Of a stretch of DNA of 58,123 bases, positions 10,239-20,300 are shown one piece after another (position 1 is the stretch's first letter; every line of letters starts with the position of its first letter). The position numbers and the translations under genes are program-made. The notes beneath the pieces are model-generated. The model made no database searches. It was not told where the DNA came from and worked only from the letters and a program-made list of their open reading frames with translations. This DNA is from an uncultured Clostridia bacterium. Its GTDB lineage: Bacteria > Bacillota > Clostridia > Christensenellales > CAG-1252. The stretch lies in NCBI GenBank assembly GCA_945482995.1, contig CALYRM010000004.1, positions 1 to 58,123 of the forward strand. Direction: 5' to 3'.

Positions 10239-11322
10239 AGTATTTAGAATTATAGTTACCGTTGTTATTCTATTGATACTTTTAATAACCGGTGGACTAA
10301 TCACAAAAAAACCGCTTAAAGAAAGAGGTATTGTTATCGGAATAGGTCTTGATAAAGTTGACGGTAAATTGTTATTACTTGCACAAATTATACTAAGCGG
10401 TGAAAACTCTTCTCCCGGCTCTCCTAGTGCGTTCGACGTTTTGGAAGGCTCGGGGGACACGTTAAGCGAAGCATTTAACGATCTTGCTAAAAAAGAAACG
10501 CTTGTTCCATCTTACGCGCATTGCAACATTTTATTTGTAGGGAAAAGACTTTTAGAGGACGGATTTGATGAAGTCGCAACAAAGTTGTTTGAGAGCAACA
10601 AGGTCAAGGATAACACTCAATTGGTTGTAGCGGACGAAGCAAGAGACGCAATCACAACATTGGTACCTATATCAAGTACACCAAGTGAGTATATGGAAAA
10701 GGAAATAAAACTTAATGAAGAAAAAGGCGGACGAAGCGTAGTATCACTAAAAGACTACGTTCAACGCAAGGAAATTACCTCAGGTACAAGATACATTTCA
10801 TATGCTATCAAACTTCCTGCAAACGCCCCTACCGGTGAAAACACAAGTAAAGACGATAAAGAAGTATTCTTATTTGATTTATCTAATACAGCCGTATTCG
10901 ATCTTGATGGAAATATTCACTACTACGGAAAGGAAATGACCGCCGGAATTGGTTTAGTCGAAGCGAAAGGTGGCAACATAACCGCTTATAAGGGCGAAAA
11001 ATATATTAACGTTGATATATTACAATCCTTTAAAAGAAGATTCTACGAAAAAGATCCTGCAAAAATTGTATCTTATTACACCTACTACGCAAGAATTAAC
11101 GAGCAAACCTTAGAAAAAAGTCAAGATGATTTAAAGTTAGACGAGGTTGAGAAGCTAATTGGCGATACAATAAAAGAAAAAATTATGTATAGCTATAATC
11201 AAGCGTTACAAGACAACGTTGATATATTCTCGTTGATTGGTAGACTTTATAAGAGATTCGGAAAGGAATACTCTTTGGAAGAGATAAAGTGGGAAATCAA
11301 CGTAGACGTTATACTGAGATAA
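10222..11322 (+). CDS. Germinant receptor C-subunit (Ger(x)C family)
   Basis: 366 aa, overlapping the gerB-type gene by 17 nt. N-terminal hydrophobic segment followed by RGIVIGIGLDK, the typical start of GerAC-like proteins. The hydrophobic segment has no lipobox Cys. Confidence 0.7.
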   Translation: MKSQNKVFRIIVTVVILLILLITGGLITKKPLKERGIVIGIGLDKVDGKLLLLAQIILSGENSSPGSPSAFDVLEGSGDTLSEAFNDLAKKETLVPSYAHCNILFVGKRLLEDGFDEVATKLFESNKVKDNTQLVVADEARDAITTLVPISSTPSEYMEKEIKLNEEKGGRSVVSLKDYVQRKEITSGTRYISYAIKLPANAPTGENTSKDDKEVFLFDLSNTAVFDLDGNIHYYGKEMTAGIGLVEAKGGNITAYKGEKYINVDILQSFKRRFYEKDPAKIVSYYTYYARINEQTLEKSQDDLKLDEVEKLIGDTIKEKIMYSYNQALQDNVDIFSLIGRLYKRFGKEYSLEEIKWEINVDVILR

Positions 11323-11350
11323 AGATGACAGCCGTGAGGCTGTCATCTTT
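11321..11350 (+). terminator. Hairpin terminator between the convergent gerC-type and M6 protease genes (possibly bidirectional)
   Basis: 13-bp stem aaagatgacagcc/ggctgtcatcttt with loop gtga, starting at the gerC-type stop codon. It has A/T-rich flanks on both sides. Confidence 0.7.
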
Positions 11351-11462
11351 ATCTCATGTGCAACGTACAATCCAAAAACATCATTCTAAAAGCAACGCTC
11401 GAAGGAGAAGAGAATTCACGAAATCAATAGTTTCAATTCAATACAGCAACGCCGTCAATTCA

Positions 11463-14400
11463 TTATAGATTGTAAGTGATCGTGATTGTTGCTGAATCGG
11501 CAGAAACCGAAACAATGGTGATATCAAAGTTGACAATTTTTCCGTCGTTTCTAGTGTAACTCGGGAATACTTCACTAAATACGTCTCCTGTACCCCAAAG
11601 ATCGGATATGGAAGCAACACCTTTTGTGCTTTCAAACTTATTCTCGCCGTCTGCCTCCACGGTTTTGATTAAAGCTATATCTGTAATTGAATTATTGTAG
11701 TTTGTTAGTGAAATGTACCTTTCGTCACTACAAGGTGCGTCGATTTGAGAGGATACATGCGTGATACGAACTCCGTACTTTGCGCCATCGTATAACAATG
11801 AATCTTGCAAGTTAGCTTCAAGCTCGTTTAAGCCTGTAGCTGTGTATAAATCAATCAATAAATACTCCGAAAAATATGAATTGTTAAATGACAACGGTAC
11901 TAAAATGCAATCGCCACTCTTTTCAAACGAGTTGATTGTGATTGTTTTCGTTTCGGTAACAATATTAGCGTCCGTCCAACCAAGCATTATTTTGCTGTAT
12001 GAACAATGGTCGCCTGTGGTGTAATCCATCATATCTGCGCCGCCCATTGTCTCATCAGAGCCTAAACCCTCTTCATAATCATAATAATCGTCTAAGCCCA
12101 ACAAGTGCCCCGTTTCGTGAATATAGGTCATTGCGTTTAGCGTAACTCCGTACTTGGCTTTTTCGTCGTCCATAAAATCGAAACCTGCGAACATATAGTA
12201 ATACGCATATTTTGAGTCGTATTGTTCTTCGCCCATATAAGTTGTGCAATAAGCCCAATAAAATTCACCATTTGTAAAGTCAACGGGGGCTGAATAGATT
12301 ATATAAACTGAATCGATACATCCATCTCCGTTTGTGTCGTATTTTGAATAATCAATCAAGTTATCGTAATAACTCAATGCTTCTTTAAGAATAAGCGAAG
12401 AACCGTCGGCAAATGTTGCTTCATCATAATAATTCTCATAAAATTTTGCATTTTTTGGCGCTTGGAATATTTCTTGAATATCAAACGTAATATTGAGTTT
12501 GCCATAAGACGTTTTTGAATAATATGAAGCAACGCTTTCCCAACCTGTATCTTCTGCCGTTCCATTAAATGTCTTTTGAAGCTTATCAAGTTGCGCAGAA
12601 GTAATGGTGTCACCATTAAATTGAACCGGGATGACTAGAACGTGAAGGTCGTCGGCGATTGACGGCAAACCAATTGCTTCATCTGAAACCAACAACTTAT
12701 CTTGCAAATTGTCTTTATCAAAAGTATCAGGATTATAGTTTTGATTTTCCATTACGTTTTCGGGTTTTGGCTCAATCGGATCATCACCGCCACCAGTGTT
12801 GCCACCGCTTGCGCTTCCTGTCGCTACCGTTATTGATTTGAGGTACATCGATTTTTTTGTTTGCGTAGGCTCTAGAGTAATTTCGATATTACCGGATATC
12901 GGAGTTGCACTAGTAAACGTTACTGTTACAAGCACGGTGTATTCGGTTTTTTCGACAGAAACTTTTGCTTCGCCGTTTGAAGTCAAACTTGTACCACCGA
13001 CTTTGACGCTTACTACCATACCTAAATCTGCATTAGTTTGTACAACTACCGAAATGCCTGTTACGTTATCAACTGAAAGCTTTGACGTCAACACAACAGC
13101 ACCATTTTGTTGCAAGAATTGCAAGCCTCTTGTTTCGTCCAAGCTATTGGCTCCAATGCTTGAGGTGTATTCCAATTCGCCTGAGCCAACGCCTAAGCCT
13201 GCGGATACAAATGTTGTGGTCATTCCTTCAACCGGAGTATCCGAACCGCCACCTAAGTCGGGAAGTTCAAAAGAAACAGTACCGTAATCGCTAAATTCAT
13301 ATACAAATTTTTCACCGGACTCAAGATGTCCTTCGATAGTTCTTATTTTGCCATTTTCAACCGTTACGATAAATGCGCCGTATGATTTATTATTTAGTTC
13401 TCCAATAAAGGCATTACCTACACTCACAGGGTCAACTGCATGATATTTGCCGTCTATTAATTCAAACTCGTAGTAAAGAAGTAAATTCGGATCTGCATAG
13501 TACATATACGAAACACATTCCGAATATTCCATAGTATCGCTATCATATTTTTCATAACCCTCTGTTCCAAAATCAGCTAGGAAGTAGTAATCATCTAGAG
13601 CTTCGTCGTATACCAAATAATCGGTATAGGTCAAGCCGTCCTCTGCTTCGTATGCGTTTTTAATGGTTTGTCCCATATACCAATAAAAATCATCATAGCT
13701 TTCATTTGCCGAAATTACAGTTTTAACGTTTACGGCAAAATTCCAAGAATGATAATCGCTATATGCGTTGATAAGATCAACAAACTCCTGTGGATTCTCT
13801 GCAGGAGTATCGGGGATACCCTCTCCACCACCGTCGACAACAGTCAAACCCGAAACATCGATAGTCTGCTCGGAATAGCCTGAAAAATCAAAAACGGTTT
13901 TAGCCTTATATGCCCCTTCTTCGTCCTCTTCGTCCGATGACAACACTAATTTGGTAACATATCCGCCCTCGGTATAAAGTTCTACACTTGTATATACGCA
14001 ATTTTCATATGCACCGCATAGTGCATTGCCGGTTACTTGCGGATAAACCGCTTCATAATGGTCGTCTACTTTTTCAAACAAGCAGTGTGGCAACTCCCAC
14101 AAGAAGACAGGATACATACTGCTCATATACTCAGAGTAGTATTCGTTATCCGTTCCTATTTTTGTATGGGTCCCATCGCCATTATCTGCATAAAATACAT
14201 AGGCATCAATGCTAGCGTCATAAACCATGTAATCAGTCAATAACATACCCTCACTAAGATATACAGATTTACAGCCGTCGTTTGCATATGCAAATCCACA
14301 AGTTATACTTTGAACATTGTCATAATATACTTCGGCATCCATACCAAAATTCCATGTTGATTCGTCGGAGTATTTATCCAAAATCTCTTTTAGTTCGGCA

Positions 14401-15569
14401 TCATTATTAACATTACCATATGCAATGGTTAAATCTGCCAAGTTAAAATCAACTTTGCCAAACTCGTCAAAAGTAAACGTAGAAACGCATTTATCGACAA
14501 CACCATCGTATTCTTCATCCGAATAGAAAACTATCTTTGTTATTTCGTTGTCGCCGGTGTATACTTCAACCTTGGTATAGACACAACCATCAAGCGAACC
14601 ATAAACGCCATCGCCAACCTTTTGCGGATCAACGGCTACATAGTGATCGCCCTCTTTTGTATATTCGTATGTTACAAGGTCATCGAGGAACAATTCGGGA
14701 TAGTACACTGCGCCATAGTCAGCGCCTGCAATGGTTGCGGTTTGATAAGTGCCGTTAGCAAGGTCAAAATAATAAGTATACTCGTCTTTTTCAGCGTCAT
14801 ACGTAACATAATCTGTATACAAATTACTATCGGTTGCGTCACCTTCATTCATATGAATATAAATCAATGCGTCCTTGTTGTAGCCGAAAGTTTCTTGGTA
14901 TCTATAGTTTTCATCTGCATTATAGATAACGTCCGAATTAATCATAAAATTCCAATTATTGGTATCGGCATACTTTTCAAGAATTTCTTCGAAAGTTAAG
15001 ATTAGAGGTCCAACTCTATCGTTGACCGTAATGCTCGCGGTTGAAGAAACTTCGTCATATGTACAAACTACGTCAAATGTTCCGCTCTTTGTCAAGTCTA
15101 CCTTCGACAAATCAAGCATTTCGTCGGTTACAGTAACTGCGTTACCGTCTTTATCCACAACTTCAAAATATGATTTAAAGTCAACCACATCACCAACCGT
15201 CAAAGTTAAAACGGCGTCTGCCTTTACCGTAACAGTTGCATGTGCTTCCGCGTTAACTACCCTAACTGTGAAGGTCGCAGAAACCTTTTTTTCACCATAC
15301 GAACATTCAATAGTAAAAGTGCCCTCTTTTGTAAGGTCAACATTAGATAAATCAAGCATCCCTTCTGTTACTTCTATAATCTTTCCGTCATTAGTGGTAA
15401 TAGAAAAATACTTTGTGAAATCTACCTCATCCCCAACGTTAAGGACAAAGGGCAATTCGTTATTAAGATCTATTTGTATGTTTGCAAGAACAGTTTCGCA
15501 AGCTACAGCCGTTAAAGCAACTATTATTACAATTAATAATGCTAAAAATATAAAACTATATTTTTTCAT
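11463..15569 (-). CDS. Large secreted M6-type (immune inhibitor A-like) zinc metalloprotease with N-terminal repeat modules
   Basis: 1379-aa ORF. Start trimmed to ATG 15569 (MKKYSFIFLALLIVIIVALTAVAC), with AAGGAG upstream. HExxH is present as YIHETGHLLGLDDYYDY (codons at 12105..12119), preceded by VLVIPVQFNGD, as in M6 peptidases. Confidence 0.8.
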   Translation of the reverse strand: MKKYSFIFLALLIVIIVALTAVACETVLANIQIDLNNELPFVLNVGDEVDFTKYFSITTNDGKIIEVTEGMLDLSNVDLTKEGTFTIECSYGEKKVSATFTVRVVNAEAHATVTVKADAVLTLTVGDVVDFKSYFEVVDKDGNAVTVTDEMLDLSKVDLTKSGTFDVVCTYDEVSSTASITVNDRVGPLILTFEEILEKYADTNNWNFMINSDVIYNADENYRYQETFGYNKDALIYIHMNEGDATDSNLYTDYVTYDAEKDEYTYYFDLANGTYQTATIAGADYGAVYYPELFLDDLVTYEYTKEGDHYVAVDPQKVGDGVYGSLDGCVYTKVEVYTGDNEITKIVFYSDEEYDGVVDKCVSTFTFDEFGKVDFNLADLTIAYGNVNNDAELKEILDKYSDESTWNFGMDAEVYYDNVQSITCGFAYANDGCKSVYLSEGMLLTDYMVYDASIDAYVFYADNGDGTHTKIGTDNEYYSEYMSSMYPVFLWELPHCLFEKVDDHYEAVYPQVTGNALCGAYENCVYTSVELYTEGGYVTKLVLSSDEEDEEGAYKAKTVFDFSGYSEQTIDVSGLTVVDGGGEGIPDTPAENPQEFVDLINAYSDYHSWNFAVNVKTVISANESYDDFYWYMGQTIKNAYEAEDGLTYTDYLVYDEALDDYYFLADFGTEGYEKYDSDTMEYSECVSYMYYADPNLLLYYEFELIDGKYHAVDPVSVGNAFIGELNNKSYGAFIVTVENGKIRTIEGHLESGEKFVYEFSDYGTVSFELPDLGGGSDTPVEGMTTTFVSAGLGVGSGELEYTSSIGANSLDETRGLQFLQQNGAVVLTSKLSVDNVTGISVVVQTNADLGMVVSVKVGGTSLTSNGEAKVSVEKTEYTVLVTVTFTSATPISGNIEITLEPTQTKKSMYLKSITVATGSASGGNTGGGDDPIEPKPENVMENQNYNPDTFDKDNLQDKLLVSDEAIGLPSIADDLHVLVIPVQFNGDTITSAQLDKLQKTFNGTAEDTGWESVASYYSKTSYGKLNITFDIQEIFQAPKNAKFYENYYDEATFADGSSLILKEALSYYDNLIDYSKYDTNGDGCIDSVYIIYSAPVDFTNGEFYWAYCTTYMGEEQYDSKYAYYYMFAGFDFMDDEKAKYGVTLNAMTYIHETGHLLGLDDYYDYEEGLGSDETMGGADMMDYTTGDHCSYSKIMLGWTDANIVTETKTITINSFEKSGDCILVPLSFNNSYFSEYLLIDLYTATGLNELEANLQDSLLYDGAKYGVRITHVSSQIDAPCSDERYISLTNYNNSITDIALIKTVEADGENKFESTKGVASISDLWGTGDVFSEVFPSYTRNDGKIVNFDITIVSVSADSATITITYNL

Positions 15570-15708
15570 ACTATACTCCTTTATGATATTTGCAAAGAGC
15601 AAATATTATTTTATATAACTTAATTATACTTGTTTTAATTCACTAATGTCAATCACGATAGTTGATAAAATAATGTTATTTATGTAATAAAAAGATATTT
15701 ACTTAAAT

Positions 15709-15895
15709 ATGTAATGTACAATGTATAATTAGTTTACGACTGTTCGTATGCTTCGCAAAAAGTCAGTGCTTGGATAGAGATTTCTCGACTACGCTCGAAA
15801 TGACGAACAAGGATGCGATTCCTCGACAACGCTTAAGAATGACAAAGCGGATTAGATTCCTCCACGTTGGTCGGAATGACAAAGTGGATGGCTCG
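15709..15895 (+). repeat. Intergenic mosaic repeat locus C (head heptamers, long unit and two short hairpin units)
   Basis: atgtaatgtacaatgtataat head (15709..15729), then gttcgtatgcttcgcaaaaagtcagtgc..gagATTTCtcgactacgctcGAAATgac, gcgATTCCtcgacaacgcttaaGAATgac and agATTCCtccacgttggtcGGAATgac. Confidence 0.85.
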
Positions 15896-15945
15896 ATATA
15901 AAATTTTGGGTAAGAATTATATTATAAATGAAATAATTAATGATA

Positions 15946-15974
15946 TTGATTTTTGAATGTGTTTGATTTATAAT
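15946..15974 (+). promoter_or_regulatory. Candidate sigma-A promoter for luxS-NUDIX
   Basis: TTGATT (15946..15951), 17 nt, TATAAT (15969..15974). It lies about 33 nt upstream of the ATG, and the AAGGAG SD sits in between. Confidence 0.5.
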
Positions 15975-16006
15975 TAACTATGTTATTTTGATTTTAAGGA
16001 GTAGTT

Positions 16007-16873
16007 ATGGAAAAAATAGACAGCTTTAAAATTAATCATTTGATTTTAAAATCGGGAATATACGTTTCTAGAATGGATAAGTATAACGGGGTGACGGTGA
16101 CCACGTTTGATTTGAGAATAACAGCGCCGAATGCTGAACCGCCTATGGATATCTCCGCAATGCACACTCTCGAGCATTTGGGCGCTACATATTTAAGAAA
16201 CTCGGAAATCAAGGATAGAGTTGTTTATTTTGGACCTATGGGGTGTAGAACAGGCTTTTATCTTGTTTTATTTGGTTCGCTTGTCTCAAGTGACGTTTAT
16301 CCAACCATAATTAGACTTTTAGATTATATTATCAATTTTGAGGGTGATATACCCGGAGCAACGGCAATCGAATGTGGAAATTATTTAGATCAAAATCTTA
16401 CAAATGCCAAATATTATGCTAAAAAATATAAAAACGAACTTAAAAACAAGAGATTTGTTTACCCTACCGATACAGTTAAAGCAGGTTGCGTTTTGTTAAA
16501 CAAAGAAAAGAAAGAGGTTTGTTTGGTTTATAGAGAAAAATATTCCGACTATTCCTTCCCAAAGGGACACCTTGAAGGCAACGAAAGCATTGTAGATTGC
16601 GCTATAAGAGAAACTGCAGAGGAAACCAAGCGAAAAGCAAAAATAGTTTATTCGGTTGCTCCTATTGAAGAAAAATATACTACCCCTAGTAGAGAAAGCT
16701 GTATTTGCATTATATATTTAGCCGTTGACAATGGAGAGAGCGATAACACATCTTCTGACACCCACCCTATAAAATGGGTAGCGGTAGATAAGGTTTTAGA
16801 TACGTTAAGCTATGAGGCAAACAAAGAGACATTTATAAAATTACTTCCCGAAATAGAAAAACTTTTGAATTAA
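16007..16873 (+). CDS. luxS: S-ribosylhomocysteine lyase (LuxS) fused in frame to a C-terminal NUDIX hydrolase domain
   Basis: Residues 1 to ~155 carry LuxS hallmarks (SF..NH, FDLR, metal ligands HTLEH, PMGCRTGFYL, ECGNY). Residues ~160-288 carry a NUDIX box: GHLEGNESIVDCAIRETAEETK. AAGGAG lies upstream of the ATG. Confidence 0.85.
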   Translation: MEKIDSFKINHLILKSGIYVSRMDKYNGVTVTTFDLRITAPNAEPPMDISAMHTLEHLGATYLRNSEIKDRVVYFGPMGCRTGFYLVLFGSLVSSDVYPTIIRLLDYIINFEGDIPGATAIECGNYLDQNLTNAKYYAKKYKNELKNKRFVYPTDTVKAGCVLLNKEKKEVCLVYREKYSDYSFPKGHLEGNESIVDCAIRETAEETKRKAKIVYSVAPIEEKYTTPSRESCICIIYLAVDNGESDNTSSDTHPIKWVAVDKVLDTLSYEANKETFIKLLPEIEKLLN

Positions 16874-16885
16874 CGATTGCACATT

Positions 16886-16926
16886 AAAAATAGTCTATCA
16901 AGTTTTTTGCTTGATAGACTATTTTT
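16886..16926 (+). terminator. Rho-independent terminator after the luxS-NUDIX gene
   Basis: Stem agtctatcaag/cttgatagact (extended by flanking A/T pairs), followed by attttt. It lies 13 nt past the stop. Confidence 0.85.
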
Positions 16927-16929
16927 ACA

Positions 16930-17335
16930 ATATGGATTAGATTCTTCGAACAATACTTAAAAATGACGTTTATGCTAAGGTAGGACACCTTAGTCAATAT
17001 GCAATTGTGGATTAATTGATTTGTATGCTAAATGTCATTTCGACCGAAGTGCGAATGCACGGAGTGGAGAAATCTAATCCGCTTTTAATGTGCAGTGTGT
17101 TTCCAACTGCCCGTTTACAGTATAACTTTTGTTGATTATTTGCTTTTTAATGTGTAATTAATATCCAATTGGCATAACAACTGTTCGTCTGCTTTGCAAA
17201 GAGTCGGTGCTTATAGTGAGATGTCTCGACTTCGCTCGACATGACATTTGGATTTAGATCCTTACGACTACGCTTCGCAACGCTTGAGGATTACATTATT
17301 AGTCGGAATGACATTATTAGTCGGAATGACACTGT
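16930..17335. repeat. Intergenic mosaic repeat locus D (mixed orientation, with an 18-nt tandem duplication)
   Basis: Forward unit at 16930..16967. Reverse-orientation unit gtcatttcgaccgaagtgcgaatgcacggagtggagaaatctaatcc at 17034..17082. Long forward unit ending ..gagATGTCtcgacttcgctcGACATgac. attattagtcggaatgac occurs twice in tandem (17295..17312 and 17313..17330). Confidence 0.85.
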
Positions 17336-17343
17336 CTAATATT

Positions 17344-17377
17344 AAAACGACTGGTTGCTAAAGCAATCAGTCGTTTT
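17344..17377 (-). terminator. Terminator after the 2387-aa lipoprotein gene (end of the giant locus)
   Basis: 15-bp stem aaaacgactggttgc/gcaatcagtcgtttt (one G-T pair) with loop taaa, immediately downstream of the stop at 17385. A U-run follows on the minus strand. Confidence 0.75.
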
Positions 17378-17384
17378 AACTTGT

Positions 17385-20300
17385 TTATGCGAAATAGCCG
17401 TTCGCCTTTCCTGTATAATTCGATTTACCTAATGTTACACCATTCGATTTTGCAGTATAGTTGTATGTGTACTTGGTATGCTTCAATTTTATACTTAAGA
17501 ATTCCTTTTCACTAGTCATTTCATAATGTGAAATGATTGTTCCGCTAACCGCGCTTGCGCCCGATAGGTTGAGATGAGATCCTGCCACCGTGGTGGTAAA
17601 CGTACCGCCTATTACCCCCGAACAATTAAGCGTGCCGTCCACAACAATTGTTACCGGCGAGTTCGGTTGATATACCTGCTTATTCAAGCGAGTATTTGAA
17701 GCAGAGAGGCTACCGCCGTAAGCCTTTGCTCCGTAATTTGTGTAAACGTTTGAATATGTTGCGTCATAACCTATGAGTCCGCCATTCGAGGATATATTAC
17801 ATACCGCGCCACGATTTATTGTCAAACTTGCCCCCGGCAAGAGTTTAAATTTTGAGTCAAGCGTGACAGTACTGCCTTCTCCCATAACTATGTTATAGTA
17901 TCCGGGAATGGGGATTTCTTTACCCTTAGTTTCCATGTCAACGCTTGCGATACTTACAGATATACTAATTGATATATTATTAGTCTTTACCGCGCCATAA
18001 GCGGTGATTGTGACTTTTCCTGTTGCTGGATCTAACATTTTTGTAAAAGCTCCATTTGTGGCATCTGTCGTTTCAAATAATCCACCTTGTCCAAACATTA
18101 GTAGGTCTCCGACAAACTCTTTATCCGAAGCGGTAATTGTGTAGTGAGCATTAAGTTTAGCACCATACGGAACGGTCAATTTTGCTTCGATATTAGCAAT
18201 CAGGAATTGACTAAATGGGAAAAACTCTTTATATACGGTATATGCAATAGTACCGCCGGGCCAATCCTTAATTTGCAAGGATTCGGTTCCCTCTGCGCCC
18301 GAATTTAGATATACCTCGCCACTTCCTGTGATAAAGCCTAAGCAATATAGCTTACCGTAAACATCGACATATCCGGTTGTCTCAATATCCATACAGCCAT
18401 ATGTTCCGGTTGTGTGTCCCGTGTTGGTAACCTGTCTACCGGATACGTTCAAACTGCCGTTTACGGTTAGGGTTGCGCCATTCATAATTTTGAGTGTGGA
18501 ATACGCACTACTTGGCGCACCGCCCGAGGCAACTGTAAGATTGATTGTGGTATCGTGAGTTGAGTCGTAAGGAATTAACAGCGTTACTCCCGATTTAACG
18601 GTTGCATCTCCGTATAGTCTTGTATTGTACTTAACTATTATCGTTCCGCTCGACATACTGCTCAACGCGCTTTCTAACGTCGTCAAGGTTGAACTTGAGC
18701 TCGTAATAACGCTCTTAATACTAACTGTGCAGGTCGATCCTGAACTTGGTAATTGATAATTCTGCGAGCTCATAGTTATCTTGGTTTTGTATACACCACC
18801 GTCCGTGAAGCTATTGCCGATAGAATATGTCAAACTGTAATTTGACGAATCTAATACAGCGCCGTTATATATGATAGCCGGAGTTATCGTCTTAGCATTT
18901 CCGTCATAGTCATAGTTCCAAGAAGTTTGTTCCAAAGATACGGTTGCCTTGGTAAGAACTAGTTGAACGGTCAAGTTAAGTGTATTGTAATTGTCGGGGT
19001 CTGCGTTGTAGGTTGCGTTATAAGCCTTAACGTCGCAAGTCGGAACAATACTTGGGGTATTCCAAGCAAAGCCACTATTTAGCGTATAGCTTGCAAGAGT
19101 CTTTGTCGGGCTATATACGCCTGTAAGATTATTGTGCGTAATACCTGTGTACGTACCCTTTTGCAATGTCAACGTTATAGTTACGGGATAATCGTTGTAA
19201 TTAACCTTATCGACATTGTAGTATGCAGAATAAACGGTCTTATTAACAACGGGTACAACGCTTGCGTCAACCCAATAATAGCCTGCACTTAATGTGTATG
19301 CAGATAATTGTTGTCCGCTATATACACCGCTTAGTGCAGTATGAGCGGCTACATTTGTATAATTTGCTTTTTCCAATGTTATTGTTATATTAAAGATATA
19401 ATCGTTATAGTTATCGGAATCTGCGTTGTATTTTGCACTATATGCGGTAACATCAACGCTCGGAACTTTTGTGGAATCCACCCAAGCATAATTTGCATTT
19501 AACGTATAACTAGCCAAAGCCTTATCGGGATTATATATGCCTGAGAAGCCCTCATGAGTGATATTTTGATAATCTGCCTTTGCAATGTTTAGCGTGATAG
19601 TCAAACTATAATCGTTATAGTTGACTGAATCCGCATTATAAACTGCATCATACTTATTTTGTTTTACTATTGGTTTCGTATCGCCTTTCACCCAAGCGAA
19701 GTTATTATCGAGTGCATAATCATTTAGAGTGCTATCGGGGTTATATGTACCTGATAATTCTCTATGCATTACGTTTTGATAATCTGCCTTTGCAAGAATT
19801 AATCTAATACTCAATGGATAGTCGTTATAGTTATCTCTATCGGTATTGTAGTATGCGGCATATTCGGTTACATTTACTGTCGGCAATGTATCAGGTGTAT
19901 TCCAATAATAATTTTCGTTTAACGAATATGACGATAGTTTCTTATTTGGATCGTACGTGCCTGCTAGTGCGGTGTGATTGGAAACATCGGTATGGTTTGC
20001 CTTTTCGATTGATAACTTAATCGTTAGGCTGTAATCGTTATAGTTTATCGAATCTGCGTTATAAATTGCAGGATATTCGCTCACCTTGACTGTTGGCGTC
20101 GTGTTTGCGTTTTTCCATCTAAACCCTGCACCTAACACATAATCCGACAGAGTTTTATTAGGATCATAGGTGCCTGACAATTCGTTGTGCGTGATATTTT
20201 GATAATCTGCTTTGTTTATTACAAGTTCAACTGTCATTTGACCATTGACAATATAATTGGTATCGTTATTTATTGCGGTAAAGGAATAACGACCTGCATT

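Noticed and set aside
14959-15618. Long antisense ORFs inside large genes: 14959-15618, 12796-13287, 27965-28501, 51813-52388, 56584-57045 and 41313-41723
   Set aside because: These are shadow ORFs opposite well-supported genes. Their products are low-complexity Ser/Thr/Leu-rich, they have no SD sequences, and they show no recognisable motifs.
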